Shown here: positions 28,299 to 38,904 of the stretch, in pieces | Numbering within the stretch: position 1 is the first letter of the stretch | Layout: each line of letters begins with the position of its first letter | Assembly (NCBI GenBank): GCA_035623825.1 | Contig: DASPSR010000007.1 | Location: 128,001-192,000, forward strand | Origin: Nitrospirota bacterium | GTDB lineage: Bacteria; Nitrospirota; UBA9217 | DNA: 64,000 bases | Direction: 5' to 3' | Translations under genes and position numbers: made by a program | The notes under the pieces: generated by a model | What the model was told of the DNA's origin: nothing | What the model saw: only the letters and a program-made list of their open reading frames with translations | The model's database searches: none

Positions 28299-30824
28299 TC
28301 AACACGTTGCCTGCGATCCGCTGCCGAGCATTTCCGCTACCTTGTTTAAGAGCTTATTGGGCGACACGGGCTTTGAAAGAAAGTTAACGTCGTCTCCCAG
28401 GAGGCCTTTTTTATAGATGATTTCTGCGGTATATCCGCTCGTAAAGAGCGCCTTGACTGAGGGGTTCATCTTCCTGATCTCGTTATAGGCCTCTCGGCCG
28501 TTCTTCCTCGGCATGATGACATCAAAGATAAGGAGCCGGATTGTATCCTTATTATCCCGGTATTTCTCTAGAGCCTCTTCGCCATCGGAAGCCTCAATGA
28601 CGGTATAGCCAAATCCCTGTAGCACCGCCGTCGTAAGGTTCCGTACACTGCTGTCATCTTCTGCGACCAGGAGGGTCTCCGTGCCACCAGTCGGCACGGG
28701 GGCGCTGACAGACCTTGCGTGATGGAGCGCGGCCTTGATCTGCGGCAGATAGACCTTGAAGGTCGTACCTATCCCGGGTTCGCTATAGACACTGATATAC
28801 CCGCTGTGCTGTTTTACGATACCATAGACGATGGCAAGGCCAAGCCCGGTCCCTTTGCCCGTGGACTTGGTGGTGAAGAACGGTTCAAAGATCCTCTTTA
28901 CGGTTTTCTTGTCCATACCCGTGCCAGTGTCCGTTACGGTGAGCAGCGCGTAATTACCAGGCTTCCCGTATCCGTGCGCCTTTATGAAATCGCTGTTCAA
29001 CTCAACGTCTCCCGTCTCAATGGTCAACTTTCCCCCTCGCGGCATGGCATCCCTCGCGTTCGTGACGAGATTGATCATGATTTGCTCGATCTGGCCCGTA
29101 TCCGCCTTAATGGGCAATGGTTCATCGTGTAGAACTTGCTTGATCTCGATGTCCTCTCCGATGAGCCGCTCTATGAGTTTCTCGACCCGCCGCACGATTG
29201 TATTCATCTCCACGTGCTTTGGAGTGAGTATCTGCTTCCTGCTGAATGCTAGAAGGCTTTGGGTAAGGCTGGCTGCTCGCTCCGTAGACGCGAGAATGCT
29301 GTTCACGCTTGGCCGAAGGGGGTCGTTTTCAGCCATCTTCATCTGCATGAGGCTGCTATAGCCGATGATCGCCGTTAGGATATTGTTGAAGTCGTGCGCC
29401 ACACCGCCCGCCAATGTTCCTACAGCCTCCATTTTCTGAGAGTGAAGAAGCTGTTCCTCTAGCCTCTTTTTCTCGGTGATATCATTGTGAATCTCGATTG
29501 CCGAAATTATTTCACCGCGGGAATTCTTCAAAGGGAAAGACCTGACCTCGGTATAGACGGAGTCCCCTTCCTTATCATAGTGCGTATGGACTGCGGTATG
29601 TGGTTCGCCGGTCTCAAATGTGCGCTGCACGGCGCAGTCTTCACCTGACTCGTAACAGGGTGAAAGCATGTGGTGCGAGATCTCATAGCAGTGTCTGTAT
29701 ATTATATCGTCCGACGTCATCTTAAGCTTGCTGCAATAGGCTTTGTTGACGGAGACTATCCTGAAGTCGCGGCTGATTACGATGAACCCCTCGTCTACGG
29801 TGTCGAGGACATTTTTGATGAACTCCTCGTTATGCTTGTGTTCGGTGACGTTTTTGAATATGCCCTGTGTCTGCACAGGCCGACCGTCGATGACACTGCA
29901 ATGAACACTGCCTTCGACGATGACTGGCTTACCGGCCTTGGTCATGAACGTAGCACCGATGCGATCGATTTTTTCGCCGCCCAAGATGCGCTCGAACATC
30001 TCCTTGAAGTGATCCCTGGAATTAGGGTGGACAATGTCGAGGACGCTCATCTGGGCTATCTCCTCCTCGTTGTATCCGAGGGTCTCCCGCCAGGCCCGAT
30101 TGACATGCCGGAAGCTGCCGTCCGGCCCAGAGCTCTGGATGAGGTCATGGGCATTCTCAAAGAGGTCCCGGTATCGTGTCTCTCTTTCCGTGAGCGACTG
30201 TTCCATGCGCTTCTGACCGGTGATGTTGCGTGCTATACCCAGGATTGCGAGCATTTTGCCGTTCTGAATCTGCGGCGCCGAAATGATTTCTGTCGTAAGA
30301 TATTCTCCCGATTGCGAGAGAATGCGCAGTTCATAGGGAGACGGGGTCTGACCTGCTGTAAGGCGTTTGAACGCATCGAATGCTAGGTGAAGATCCTCGG
30401 GATGGATGATCGAGTGAAAATGCCTGCCGATATATTCCGTGCGCGGGAACCCGGTAACGGTTTCAAACACGGAGTTCAGGGTGGTGAATGTCCCTTCGGG
30501 GGAAAGGATAAAGATGATGTCCGGAGCAGTTTCGACGAGAATGCGATACCGTTGTCCCGATTCGGTCAGTTCTAACACGGTCGTCCCGAGCCTCCTCATC
30601 ATGAGGCTGCTATACGTGCTGAGCCCGAGAAGAACGATCATGATGCATGTCAGCGTGATGATCTCACCGGCGGTGGGCTTAAGTAATTGACGGAAGAAAG
30701 ACTTCTCCTGGGAAAGGCAAGCATTAATAAAGGGCCCTGAGACCCAGACGAACAAGCAGAGGCTAATCCCTGCGAAAATCATTTTCCATGGCATCCTCTT
30801 GCGCTGTAAGACCTCTGATTTCAT
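28299..30824 (-). CDS. Membrane hybrid sensor histidine kinase (2 TM, 3 PAS, HisKA, HATPase, REC)
   Basis: [42 protein letters not shown]-terminal receiver (AEDD, DVIMP, SKP). Confidence 0.95.
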   Translation of the reverse strand: MKSEVLQRKRMPWKMIFAGISLCLFVWVSGPFINACLSQEKSFFRQLLKPTAGEIITLTCIMIVLLGLSTYSSLMMRRLGTTVLELTESGQRYRILVETAPDIIFILSPEGTFTTLNSVFETVTGFPRTEYIGRHFHSIIHPEDLHLAFDAFKRLTAGQTPSPYELRILSQSGEYLTTEIISAPQIQNGKMLAILGIARNITGQKRMEQSLTERETRYRDLFENAHDLIQSSGPDGSFRHVNRAWRETLGYNEEEIAQMSVLDIVHPNSRDHFKEMFERILGGEKIDRIGATFMTKAGKPVIVEGSVHCSVIDGRPVQTQGIFKNVTEHKHNEEFIKNVLDTVDEGFIVISRDFRIVSVNKAYCSKLKMTSDDIIYRHCYEISHHMLSPCYESGEDCAVQRTFETGEPHTAVHTHYDKEGDSVYTEVRSFPLKNSRGEIISAIEIHNDITEKKRLEEQLLHSQKMEAVGTLAGGVAHDFNNILTAIIGYSSLMQMKMAENDPLRPSVNSILASTERAASLTQSLLAFSRKQILTPKHVEMNTIVRRVEKLIERLIGEDIEIKQVLHDEPLPIKADTGQIEQIMINLVTNARDAMPRGGKLTIETGDVELNSDFIKAHGYGKPGNYALLTVTDTGTGMDKKTVKRIFEPFFTTKSTGKGTGLGLAIVYGIVKQHSGYISVYSEPGIGTTFKVYLPQIKAALHHARSVSAPVPTGGTETLLVAEDDSSVRNLTTAVLQGFGYTVIEASDGEEALEKYRDNKDTIRLLIFDVIMPRKNGREAYNEIRKMNPSVKALFTSGYTAEIIYKKGLLGDDVNFLSKPVSPNKLLNKVAEMLGSGSQATC

Positions 30825-31073
30825 TTTTACCTGCCTGACAATGAGGTTTGCCTGTTTATCCGTTTCGACGCACCTGTATAAAGGTCTTATCGGAATTCCA
30901 GGTCAAAACTTTAACTTGCCATGCCTGCGAGCGGTAAGTGCATGGGCCATCCCCCGATTACCCGAACAGATTCATAATTCGAGCGTTCGGAAAGCAGCAA
31001 CGTCATGAAGGTATGGAATAATAGATCAGAAATGATATAATATTCTGGAATACTGGAAGACCTCTTTATTAGT

Positions 31074-32198
31074 ATGATAGATGCGATCATATCCCATTTT
31101 GAGATCCCCGGGGCGCTCACAAGGACGGTGCGGTTCGGCTCCGGACTGATTAACGATACCTACCTCTGCGAGATGAAAGATGGCGGAGAGATACGCAAAT
31201 ACATTCTCCAGCGCATTAATACCTCAGTGTTCAAAAAGCCGGAGCAGGTTATGGAGAATGTGGAGGTCGTGACCAATCATATTGTGAACAGGCTCCGTGC
31301 GGAAGGCGTCAGAGACCCCTATGCAATCACTCCGGCGCTCATCCATATAAGCGGGGGTCGCTCGTTCCATAGAGACGATTCCGGTGCGTACTGGCGCCTG
31401 TTTCATTTCATTAAATCCGGAGTGGTGTATGACAAGGTCAAGGATGTACGGCACGCCTACGAAATCGGTCGAGGCCTCGGAAGGTTTCAGTCGCTCGTAT
31501 CGGACCTCCCGCCAGGACGACTCCACGATACGCTTCCCGGGTTTCATCAAACACCGCACTATCTTGCCGAGTTTGATGAAGCGCTCAAGGCAGATGTACA
31601 AAGACGGTCCGCTGAAGTTCTAGCTGAAAGAGAGTTCGTGTATCACAGAAGGTCCCTTGCACCCGGGTTGACCGGTCTAGTCGCTTTGAAGGAACTTCCG
31701 GTCCGTGTGGTGCATAATGACCCGAAAGTGAACAACGTTCTGATTCATGCCATTACGGGGGAGGCCCTGTGCATGATCGACCTGGATACGGTCAAACCAG
31801 GAATCGTTCACTACGATTTCGGCGACTGCCTTCGCTCCGCAGCCAACCCGGCAGGAGAGGATGCGGAGGATCTCAGAACGGTCGGACTCGATCTTCCTGT
31901 CTTTGAAGCGGTGACCCGCGGATATCTGCGCGAAGCTGGCGGGTTCCTTACGGGAAAAGAGATTGCCATGCTGCCGGCAGCGGTGAAGATAATCACCTTT
32001 GAACTCGGGATCCGCTTTTTGGCCGATTACCTCCGCGGCGATACCTATTTCAAGATCAGATATCCCAAACATAACCTTCAGCGGGCAAGGGTTCAGTTCA
32101 AACTGCTCGAGAGCATCGAAAGGGCGGATGAGGACATTGCCTCCATTGTGAGCAAGGTCATCGATACCGAGGGCAGAGATGATCCGCCGATGCAATGA
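31074..32198 (+). CDS. Aminoglycoside-phosphotransferase-fold kinase (N-acetylhexosamine 1-kinase-like)
   Basis: GSGLINDTY, ILQRIN, VHNDPKVNN, IDLDTV, RFLADYLRGDTYFK. Confidence 0.85.
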   Translation: MIDAIISHFEIPGALTRTVRFGSGLINDTYLCEMKDGGEIRKYILQRINTSVFKKPEQVMENVEVVTNHIVNRLRAEGVRDPYAITPALIHISGGRSFHRDDSGAYWRLFHFIKSGVVYDKVKDVRHAYEIGRGLGRFQSLVSDLPPGRLHDTLPGFHQTPHYLAEFDEALKADVQRRSAEVLAEREFVYHRRSLAPGLTGLVALKELPVRVVHNDPKVNNVLIHAITGEALCMIDLDTVKPGIVHYDFGDCLRSAANPAGEDAEDLRTVGLDLPVFEAVTRGYLREAGGFLTGKEIAMLPAAVKIITFELGIRFLADYLRGDTYFKIRYPKHNLQRARVQFKLLESIERADEDIASIVSKVIDTEGRDDPPMQ

Positions 32199-32384
32199 CG
32201 AAGACTTCGATGGTATCCTTCCCTACGTCAACTGGGGAGCACAGGCAATATATAATATAGAGGAGCGATTCCTGCGGACCTTTGGAAGGACCGCACAGCT
32301 TCAGCAAGTACTTGGCGCAGCCGGTGCTAAAATCCGGTGCTAAAATCCTGTTTCTCAGCCCCCCGAATAATGCTATAATTCCCC

Positions 32385-33656
32385 ATGCGTTTTATCGCCG
32401 ACCTTCACGTCCATTCACGTTACTCACGGGCGACAAGCAAGGACATGTCGCCCGAAACCATCGGGAAATGGGCGCAGCTCAAGGGCATCACGGTCATGGG
32501 CACAGGAGACTTTACCCATGCCGGGTGGCTCAAGGAGCTTGAAGAAAAGTTCGAACCGGCGGAAAACGGGTTATTCAGGCTCAAAAAGGAATGTCAGGAC
32601 GGTGACATACCTGGGTCGTGCAAGGCCGATGTCTACTTCATCCTCTCCTCGGAGATAAGCTGCATCTATAGCAAGGGCGGAAAGACCCGGAAGATACACT
32701 CCGTTATTCTTGTGCCAGACTTTGAAAGTGCGGCTCGCTTGAATCTTGCCCTATCGAGGATCGGGAATCTCAATGCCGATGGAAGGCCGATCCTCGGGCT
32801 TGATGCAAAGGATCTCCTCAAGATCACGCTGGACTCAGCTCCTGAGGCGGTGTACATACCTGCGCACGCATGGACGCCGCACTTCTCGGTCTTCGGCGCT
32901 GCATCGGGCTTCGATTCACTCGAAGAATGTTACGAAGAGCTTGCTCCGAATATCCATGCCATTGAAACCGGACTCTCATCAGACCCGCCCATGAACTGGC
33001 GTCTCTCCGCCCTCGACCGGATCACGCTCGTGTCCAATTCCGATGCGCACTCGGCAGCTAAGATAGGGCGCGAAGCGAATATCTTCGACACGCGGATCTC
33101 ATTCGCGTCTATGATGAGCGCCATCAGGACGAAAACTGGTTTTCTCGGCACCATCGAGTTCTTCCCGGAAGAAGGAAAGTATCACTACGACGGACACCGG
33201 GACTGCGGTGTGAGCCTCTCCCCCCAGGAAACGATCCACCGCAACTATCTCTGCCCAGTTTGCGGGAAGAAATTGACTGTAGGCGTCATGCATAGAGTCG
33301 AAAAGCTCGCGGACCGGGGTTGCGGTTTCAAGCCTCAGGGGTCGCCTTCATTTCAGTCCGTCATCCCCTTGCAGGAGATCATCGCTGAAGGGTTGAAAGT
33401 TGGGGCGAACACGAAAAAGGTGAATGAACTTTATTTTAGTCTGCTCGAAAAGCTGGGAAATGAATTCACGATCCTTATAGATGCTCCGCTCGATGATGTC
33501 GAACGCGCAGGCTCGCCTCTCGTCCGGGAAGCCATATCGCGCATGCGTGCGGGGAACGTTCATATCGCGCCCGGATACGATGGGGAATATGGGAAGGTCA
33601 GGATATTTCAGGAAGTGGAGCGGAGAGAGATTAAGGGGCAGATGAGGCTGCTATGA
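32385..33656 (+). CDS. Endonuclease Q-family PHP-domain protein
   Basis: ADLHVHSRYSRATS, GTGDFTH, PAHAWTP, ETGLSSD, SNSDAHS, GKYHYDGHRDC...CPVCG zinc site, PGYDGEYG. Confidence 0.9.
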   Translation: MRFIADLHVHSRYSRATSKDMSPETIGKWAQLKGITVMGTGDFTHAGWLKELEEKFEPAENGLFRLKKECQDGDIPGSCKADVYFILSSEISCIYSKGGKTRKIHSVILVPDFESAARLNLALSRIGNLNADGRPILGLDAKDLLKITLDSAPEAVYIPAHAWTPHFSVFGAASGFDSLEECYEELAPNIHAIETGLSSDPPMNWRLSALDRITLVSNSDAHSAAKIGREANIFDTRISFASMMSAIRTKTGFLGTIEFFPEEGKYHYDGHRDCGVSLSPQETIHRNYLCPVCGKKLTVGVMHRVEKLADRGCGFKPQGSPSFQSVIPLQEIIAEGLKVGANTKKVNELYFSLLEKLGNEFTILIDAPLDDVERAGSPLVREAISRMRAGNVHIAPGYDGEYGKVRIFQEVERREIKGQMRLL

Positions 33657-35263
33657 GAAAGGCAATGCCGCTCTTGTTTGATGGCTTGAACGAATTCCAG
33701 AGGAAAGCCGCCGCATTCGACGGTTCTCTCTTGACCGTCGCCGGACCAGGGACGGGAAAGACGCTGACCATCGCCCACAGGCTTGCCTATCTTATTCATC
33801 AAAACGTTCCACCTGAAGAAATTCTTGCGGTGACATTCACGAATCGTGCGGCGCGGGAGATGCGGGTCCGCGCGGGTGACGTGATCGGGAGCGATGCGTC
33901 GAAGATATTCATAGGTACGTTTCACCTTCTCGGCCTCAAGATCATTAAAGACAACCGCACGGATGATTTTCTTGTCTATAGCAGAGAGGAACAGGTCAAG
34001 CTTCTAAAGTCATTGATGAATGATTCAACGAGGAAAGCACAGCGTGCTGCAGAACAAATATCGAGGATGAAGAATTCTCTGGGTAATGAAGATTGCGAAA
34101 TGCAGGAAGCGTATGAATCCTATGAGGCCGCATTAAGGCAACGGAACGCTTTCGACTTTGACGACCTCATAAAGATACCGATCGGGATGCTCCAAAGCAG
34201 GCAGACCGCGCGAAAATACCGGGACAGATTCAAACACATCATCGTCGATGAATATCAAGACATCAATCCTGTCCAATATCAGCTCTTGAAGTGTCTCGCC
34301 GGAAACAGCGGAAATGTCTGCGTTGTGGGAGATGCCGATCAGGCGATTTATGGCTTTCGCGGGGCCGACATCGAGAACTTTCTGAACTTCGAAAAGGATT
34401 TTCCTGGTGCAACGCGAATAACTCTCACCGAGAACTACCGGTCAACGGGCGCCATCGTTAATGCTGCGGACGGCCTGATCAAGCATAATGAGAGGCGGGT
34501 CGATAAGAAACTCGTTCCTCTGAAGGAGAAAGGCGTCCCGATTGCCATCCTCTCTGTTCCTGATGAATATGCCGAGGGTGCTGCCATTATACGGAAGATC
34601 GAAGAGCGCATGGGAGGTACCAGCCATTATCAGATGGTGCGGAATGGTTCAGGAAGGGGTGATTCGGAACGCTCCTTCCGATTTTCGGATTTTGCTGTGA
34701 TCTTCAGGACCCATGCCCAGTCGAAGGTACTGGAGGAGGTGTTCGCGGCATCAGGCATTCCCTATCAAATGATCGGTCGTCGGAGCAGCGCGCAAGTTGA
34801 GGAAATAGAGGAGACCCTTGCCTATCTTCAGTCGCTTATTCATCCCCACGAGACAATCGGGTCCGGCCGGATCGATGCACTGGAATCCAAACTTCTGACC
34901 GCTGCGGATCTATTCGATCCACGGGCCGATGCCGTTACGTTGATGACCCTCCATATGGCAAAAGGTCTGGAGTTCCCGATCGTGTTCATCACGGGGTGCG
35001 AAGACGGCCTGCTTCCCTGTACAATCATGAAGGAGGGCGTGGACATCGAGGAAGAGCGAAGGCTGCTTTATGTCGGGATGACAAGGGCAAAGGACGAGCT
35101 TCATCTCATCTACGCGCGGTCCCGGTTCCTTTACGGACAAAGGCTAGCTCCTTCGCCATCTCCGTTCATCGGGGAAATTCCCGAGGAATTTATTTCCAAT
35201 ATTACTGTTCATGACCGAGCGAAGAAAAAGAATGAACCAGATCGACAACTAGGACTGTTTTAA
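33653..35263 (+). CDS. UvrD/Rep-family SF1 helicase, compact
   Basis: AGPGTGKT, VTFTNRAA, VDEYQD, VGDADQAIYGFRGA, ENYRS, TLHMAKGLEF, EERRLLYVGMTRA; start overlaps the EndoQ stop (ATGA). Confidence 0.92.
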   Translation: MRKAMPLLFDGLNEFQRKAAAFDGSLLTVAGPGTGKTLTIAHRLAYLIHQNVPPEEILAVTFTNRAAREMRVRAGDVIGSDASKIFIGTFHLLGLKIIKDNRTDDFLVYSREEQVKLLKSLMNDSTRKAQRAAEQISRMKNSLGNEDCEMQEAYESYEAALRQRNAFDFDDLIKIPIGMLQSRQTARKYRDRFKHIIVDEYQDINPVQYQLLKCLAGNSGNVCVVGDADQAIYGFRGADIENFLNFEKDFPGATRITLTENYRSTGAIVNAADGLIKHNERRVDKKLVPLKEKGVPIAILSVPDEYAEGAAIIRKIEERMGGTSHYQMVRNGSGRGDSERSFRFSDFAVIFRTHAQSKVLEEVFAASGIPYQMIGRRSSAQVEEIEETLAYLQSLIHPHETIGSGRIDALESKLLTAADLFDPRADAVTLMTLHMAKGLEFPIVFITGCEDGLLPCTIMKEGVDIEEERRLLYVGMTRAKDELHLIYARSRFLYGQRLAPSPSPFIGEIPEEFISNITVHDRAKKKNEPDRQLGLF

Positions 35264-35300
35264 CCCTTATCCCCGATACACTAACGCGAGGAAACCCACG

Positions 35301-35675
35301 ATGCCGACCAGAATTAAAATTATCATGAGGAATATCGCCGTCTATGCGGAGCTATTCGACACCAGATGCGCAAAGGAAATTGTCGGTGCACTCCCTGTAG
35401 AGACAAGGCCAAACGAGTGGGGCGATGAGTTCTATTTCGAGATCCCCGTCAAGATGCCGCTCGACGAGACGGCATCAACCGCGGTAAAGTCCGGAGATAT
35501 AGGATTCTGGCCTCCGGGTAACGCTCTGGCTATTTTCTTCGGTCCTACACCCATGAGCTACGGCAACGATCCCGTGCCAGCGAGCGCCGTGAACATTGTC
35601 GGAAGAATTGTGGGTAATGCTTCAGTATTGAAGAAGGCAAAGGGGGCGTTAAAGATCAGAATCGACAAGGCTTGA
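35301..35675 (+). CDS. Cyclophilin-like fold protein (DUF369/TM1367-like)
   Basis: WGDEFYF, GDIGFWPPGNALAIFFGPTP, PASAVN. Confidence 0.8.
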   Translation: MPTRIKIIMRNIAVYAELFDTRCAKEIVGALPVETRPNEWGDEFYFEIPVKMPLDETASTAVKSGDIGFWPPGNALAIFFGPTPMSYGNDPVPASAVNIVGRIVGNASVLKKAKGALKIRIDKA

Positions 35676-35784
35676 TTCATTGTCGATCCATCTGCCCATC
35701 CTTTCTTTTTTGTCCTTTGTCTCTGACGTTCGATTTCTGACTTACTTCTTTACCTCCCCCTTCTCCATGTGTTAATATGGTTCT

Positions 35785-37224
35785 GTGAGTATACAGCCGG
35801 TCATCATTTCCCGATCTGAACATCCCCTCTCCCGGAAGTGGATCAGTGCCAACGCGATCCGGGTGCTTTACCGGCTGAAGGAAAAAGGGTATCAAGCGTA
35901 CCTCGTCGGAGGCGGCGTGCGAGACCTGCTGCTCGGCCGGGAACCTAAAGATTTCGATATTGCCACCGACGCAAGGCCTCATGAGGTCAAAAAAGTCTTC
36001 CGCAACTGCCGGCTCATCGGTCGACGGTTCCGTCTCGCCCACATCCACTTCCCTAACGAAATCATTGAAGTCGCAACGTTCCGTGCCTTGGCGTCCGAAG
36101 AACCGGAGACCGAAGCAGGTCCGGGAAATGTGGAACAGCCTGCCCTCCCGGCCATACAGCCGCCGGCTGACAGCGCGGCGCCTGATGATCGGGTCCCGCA
36201 GCAGCCGCAGAAGCCCCGTCCCCCGCGGCTCCTGAAGACCGAAGACGGCATGATCCTGCGCGACAATATCTTTGGCACGCCGGAAGAGGATGCGCTGCGG
36301 CGCGATTTTACGGTAAATGCTCTCTTTTACAACATCGTGGACTTTTCCGTCATTGACTACGTGGGGGGGATGCAGGACCTTCGGGGCGGACTCATCAGGA
36401 TCATCGGCGATCCAGTTGTGCGCTTCACCGAGGACCCGGTGCGTATGGTGCGGGCCGTGCGTTTTGCCGCCATGCTCGGGTTCGAGATCGAGGAGAACAC
36501 GTACAGCGCCATGATTGATCTGAAGGACCGGGTGGCGCTGGCTTCGCCTTCCCGGATGTACGAGGAGGTTCTCAAGCTCTTTTTGCTGGGCGAAGGCGAG
36601 AAGACCTATCAGCTGCTCAGAAGGACCGGCATCTTCGGCGTCCTGTTTCCGCGCCTGAATGAGTGGGTGGATGCGGAGTCCGACGGATTCCCGCATATTT
36701 GGATCGGCAAGGCACTCGAATGGGTTGATGCGTGCGTGCAGGCGGGGAGACAAGTGCCACCGCATGTCCTGTTTTCGCTCATGTTTGGCCAGTTCATCGA
36801 AGAAAAGGCTGCGGAGCTCAGAAAAGCCGGTTCGTCTGCGCTGGATTCTGTAATACGGGCTGTAAGCGAGTTTCTCTCGGAAGAGGCGCAGCGGGTGATG
36901 GTCCCGAAGAAGGTTGGATACCCGATGCGCGATATTTACTGGAACCAGTACCGCTTTGAGAAAACCGCTGGCAGGAATCCCCTCTATTTTCTCAGAAGGC
37001 CGGGGTTTGCCGATGCATTCGAGTATCTGCGTTTCACGAGCGAAGTCACGGGTGAGAAAAAAGAGCTACGCGCCTGGTGGAAGGGATTCATAAAGAACAA
37101 TCCGCTATCTCCAGATGAAGAAAAGGATATTCGAAGGAATCGTGAGAAGCGCGTAAAGCCAGCCAGAAGAAGAAGGAGACGGGGAAGAACAGGAAAACCC
37201 GAGACGCTTAAGCCGGAACTGTAA
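35785..37224 (+). CDS. pcnB: Poly(A) polymerase I
   Basis: AYLVGGGVRDLL, KDFDIAT, LIGRRFRLAHI (PAP-specific), DALRRDFTVN, EDPVRMVRA, Arg-rich C-terminus. Confidence 0.92.
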   Translation: MSIQPVIISRSEHPLSRKWISANAIRVLYRLKEKGYQAYLVGGGVRDLLLGREPKDFDIATDARPHEVKKVFRNCRLIGRRFRLAHIHFPNEIIEVATFRALASEEPETEAGPGNVEQPALPAIQPPADSAAPDDRVPQQPQKPRPPRLLKTEDGMILRDNIFGTPEEDALRRDFTVNALFYNIVDFSVIDYVGGMQDLRGGLIRIIGDPVVRFTEDPVRMVRAVRFAAMLGFEIEENTYSAMIDLKDRVALASPSRMYEEVLKLFLLGEGEKTYQLLRRTGIFGVLFPRLNEWVDAESDGFPHIWIGKALEWVDACVQAGRQVPPHVLFSLMFGQFIEEKAAELRKAGSSALDSVIRAVSEFLSEEAQRVMVPKKVGYPMRDIYWNQYRFEKTAGRNPLYFLRRPGFADAFEYLRFTSEVTGEKKELRAWWKGFIKNNPLSPDEEKDIRRNREKRVKPARRRRRRGRTGKPETLKPEL

Positions 37225-37319
37225 TCCGGGATTTTTTAACACGAAGACGCCGGGGCACATAGGTATTGAGGTTTTTTTCGAGTTTTCGCGGCGTCGTGAC
37301 AGCTGTGGAGGTACACATC

Positions 37320-38159
37320 ATGCCCAAACTACCGCGTTTTTTTATATCACCAGAACAGGTTTCCGACATGTACATAACCGTCACTGATGAAGACGTGCAC
37401 CATATTGCGGCAGTGTTACGAATGGGTATCGGAGATCATCTCCTCCTGTGTGACGGGAAAGGAACCGAGTACACCGTGAAGATTGATCAGATGATCCGGT
37501 CAGGGATCAAAACGAAGATCCTTGATAAAATCAAGAAGAAGATCCGTTTCCCCCTCGTTACGCTCGGCCAAGGGTTGCCCAAGGCCGACAAGATGGAATG
37601 GATCGTGCAGAAGGCAACGGAACTCGGCGTTGCGGCCATCGTGCCCCTGGTCACGGAGCGGACGATCGTGAAGGTCAGGGACGCAGAAAAGCGCCTTATC
37701 CGATGGCAGAGGATCTGCCGGGAGGCGGCCATGCAGAGCAATAGGCCGGACATACCAAGGATCGAATCTATTCAAAAATACTCGGCGTTCATGGTAGAAT
37801 TATATGATCCCATCGAGCCCCCCTTTGCTAAAGGGGCGGATATGGCACATCCCATTTCGAAGAAAGCGGATAGAGGGGGATTTTCTTCACAAGAGACACT
37901 CCTGATCCTTCCTTGGGAAGAAGCGACAAGCCCCATCAAGGACGTGCTCAGGGCAAGTCCTGATATTAAGAGCATCGTCGTACTCATCGGACCGGAAGGC
38001 GGATTCTCCGCCGCCGAGGCGGCGATGGCGCGAGAAAATGGTTTCCGTGCTGTGAGCCTGGGTCCGAACATTCTGCGCACCGAAACCGCGGCCATGGCGG
38101 TCCTCAGTATGATACTTTATGAAACAGGCGCCAATAGTCAAGATACCAGTCTCTCATAA
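37320..38159 (+). CDS. rsmE: 16S rRNA m3U1498 methyltransferase
   Basis: MPKLPRFF, HHIAAVLR, QKATELGV, EAAMQS, IGPEGG, SLGPNILRTETA. Confidence 0.95.
   Translation: MPKLPRFFISPEQVSDMYITVTDEDVHHIAAVLRMGIGDHLLLCDGKGTEYTVKIDQMIRSGIKTKILDKIKKKIRFPLVTLGQGLPKADKMEWIVQKATELGVAAIVPLVTERTIVKVRDAEKRLIRWQRICREAAMQSNRPDIPRIESIQKYSAFMVELYDPIEPPFAKGADMAHPISKKADRGGFSSQETLLILPWEEATSPIKDVLRASPDIKSIVVLIGPEGGFSAAEAAMARENGFRAVSLGPNILRTETAAMAVLSMILYETGANSQDTSLS
37807..37883. repeat. Palindromic G/C-run element inserted in frame within rsmE
   Basis: ATCCC...CCCCTTT-GCT-AAAGGGG...GAGGGGGATTT, translating as DPIEPPFAKG...RGGF. Confidence 0.5.
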
Positions 38160-38275
38160 TTACCAATAATTATCGAACCGGTCAATAACAGGGACAGCGC
38201 ACTGTGAAATTGAGATTTAAAACTTCATTGGAGCTTGGGATTCGGAGCTTGGTTATTCCTCCACCCGTATTTTCC

Positions 38276-38305
38276 TTGACACAAAAACAGCGGAGATGTT
38301 AATAT
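38276..38305 (+). promoter_or_regulatory. Sigma70 promoter of rpiB-glyA operon
   Basis: TTGACA-N18-TAATAT with extended -10 TG. Confidence 0.6.
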
Positions 38306-38447
38306 CAATGTCTACGAAAAGGCGGGGTTCTTATACAACCGGCCTGAATGGGGGTGAAAACCGGGGTTGTCCAGCATCCTGATCATCACCCCCACCTTCG
38401 ATTTCTTCCCCATCGGGCGGAGGAGATAAGGAGAAAGGCATTTTCAC

Positions 38448-38900
38448 GTGAAACTAGCGATAGCCTGCGACCACGGCGGTTGGGATCTAAAAGAAGAGAT
38501 CGCAAAATTCATAAAAACGATCAAGAATATCGAACTAATAGACCTCGGAACGACGGACAGAGCCTCCGTTGACTATCCCGATTACGGGAAAAAGGTCTCC
38601 GAGGCCGTCTCGAACAGAGGCGTGGACCGTGGAATCCTGATTTGCGGTACGGGCATCGGTATGTCCATAGTTGCCAACCGGTACCCGAACGTGCGCGCTG
38701 CGCTCTGCCATGACCATTTTACAGCGCAGATGAGCCGTCTGCATAACGATGCCAATGTCCTTGTCATGGGCGAGCGGGTCATCGGGAAGGGCGTTGCGCT
38801 GGAAATCGTGAAGACTTGGCTCGATACAGAATACGAAGGCGGCCGGCACCAGAAACGGCTCGACAAGATATCGGAAATAGAAAAGTCGATTAAAGGATAA
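38448..38900 (+). CDS. rpiB: Ribose-5-phosphate isomerase B
   Basis: [36 protein letters not shown]. Confidence 0.96.
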   Translation: MKLAIACDHGGWDLKEEIAKFIKTIKNIELIDLGTTDRASVDYPDYGKKVSEAVSNRGVDRGILICGTGIGMSIVANRYPNVRAALCHDHFTAQMSRLHNDANVLVMGERVIGKGVALEIVKTWLDTEYEGGRHQKRLDKISEIEKSIKG

Positions 38901-38904
38901 CACG

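Noticed and set aside
38312-38447. Known ZTP, THF or glycine riboswitch
   Set aside because: Class-defining conserved nucleotides were not found; kept only as an unclassified candidate.
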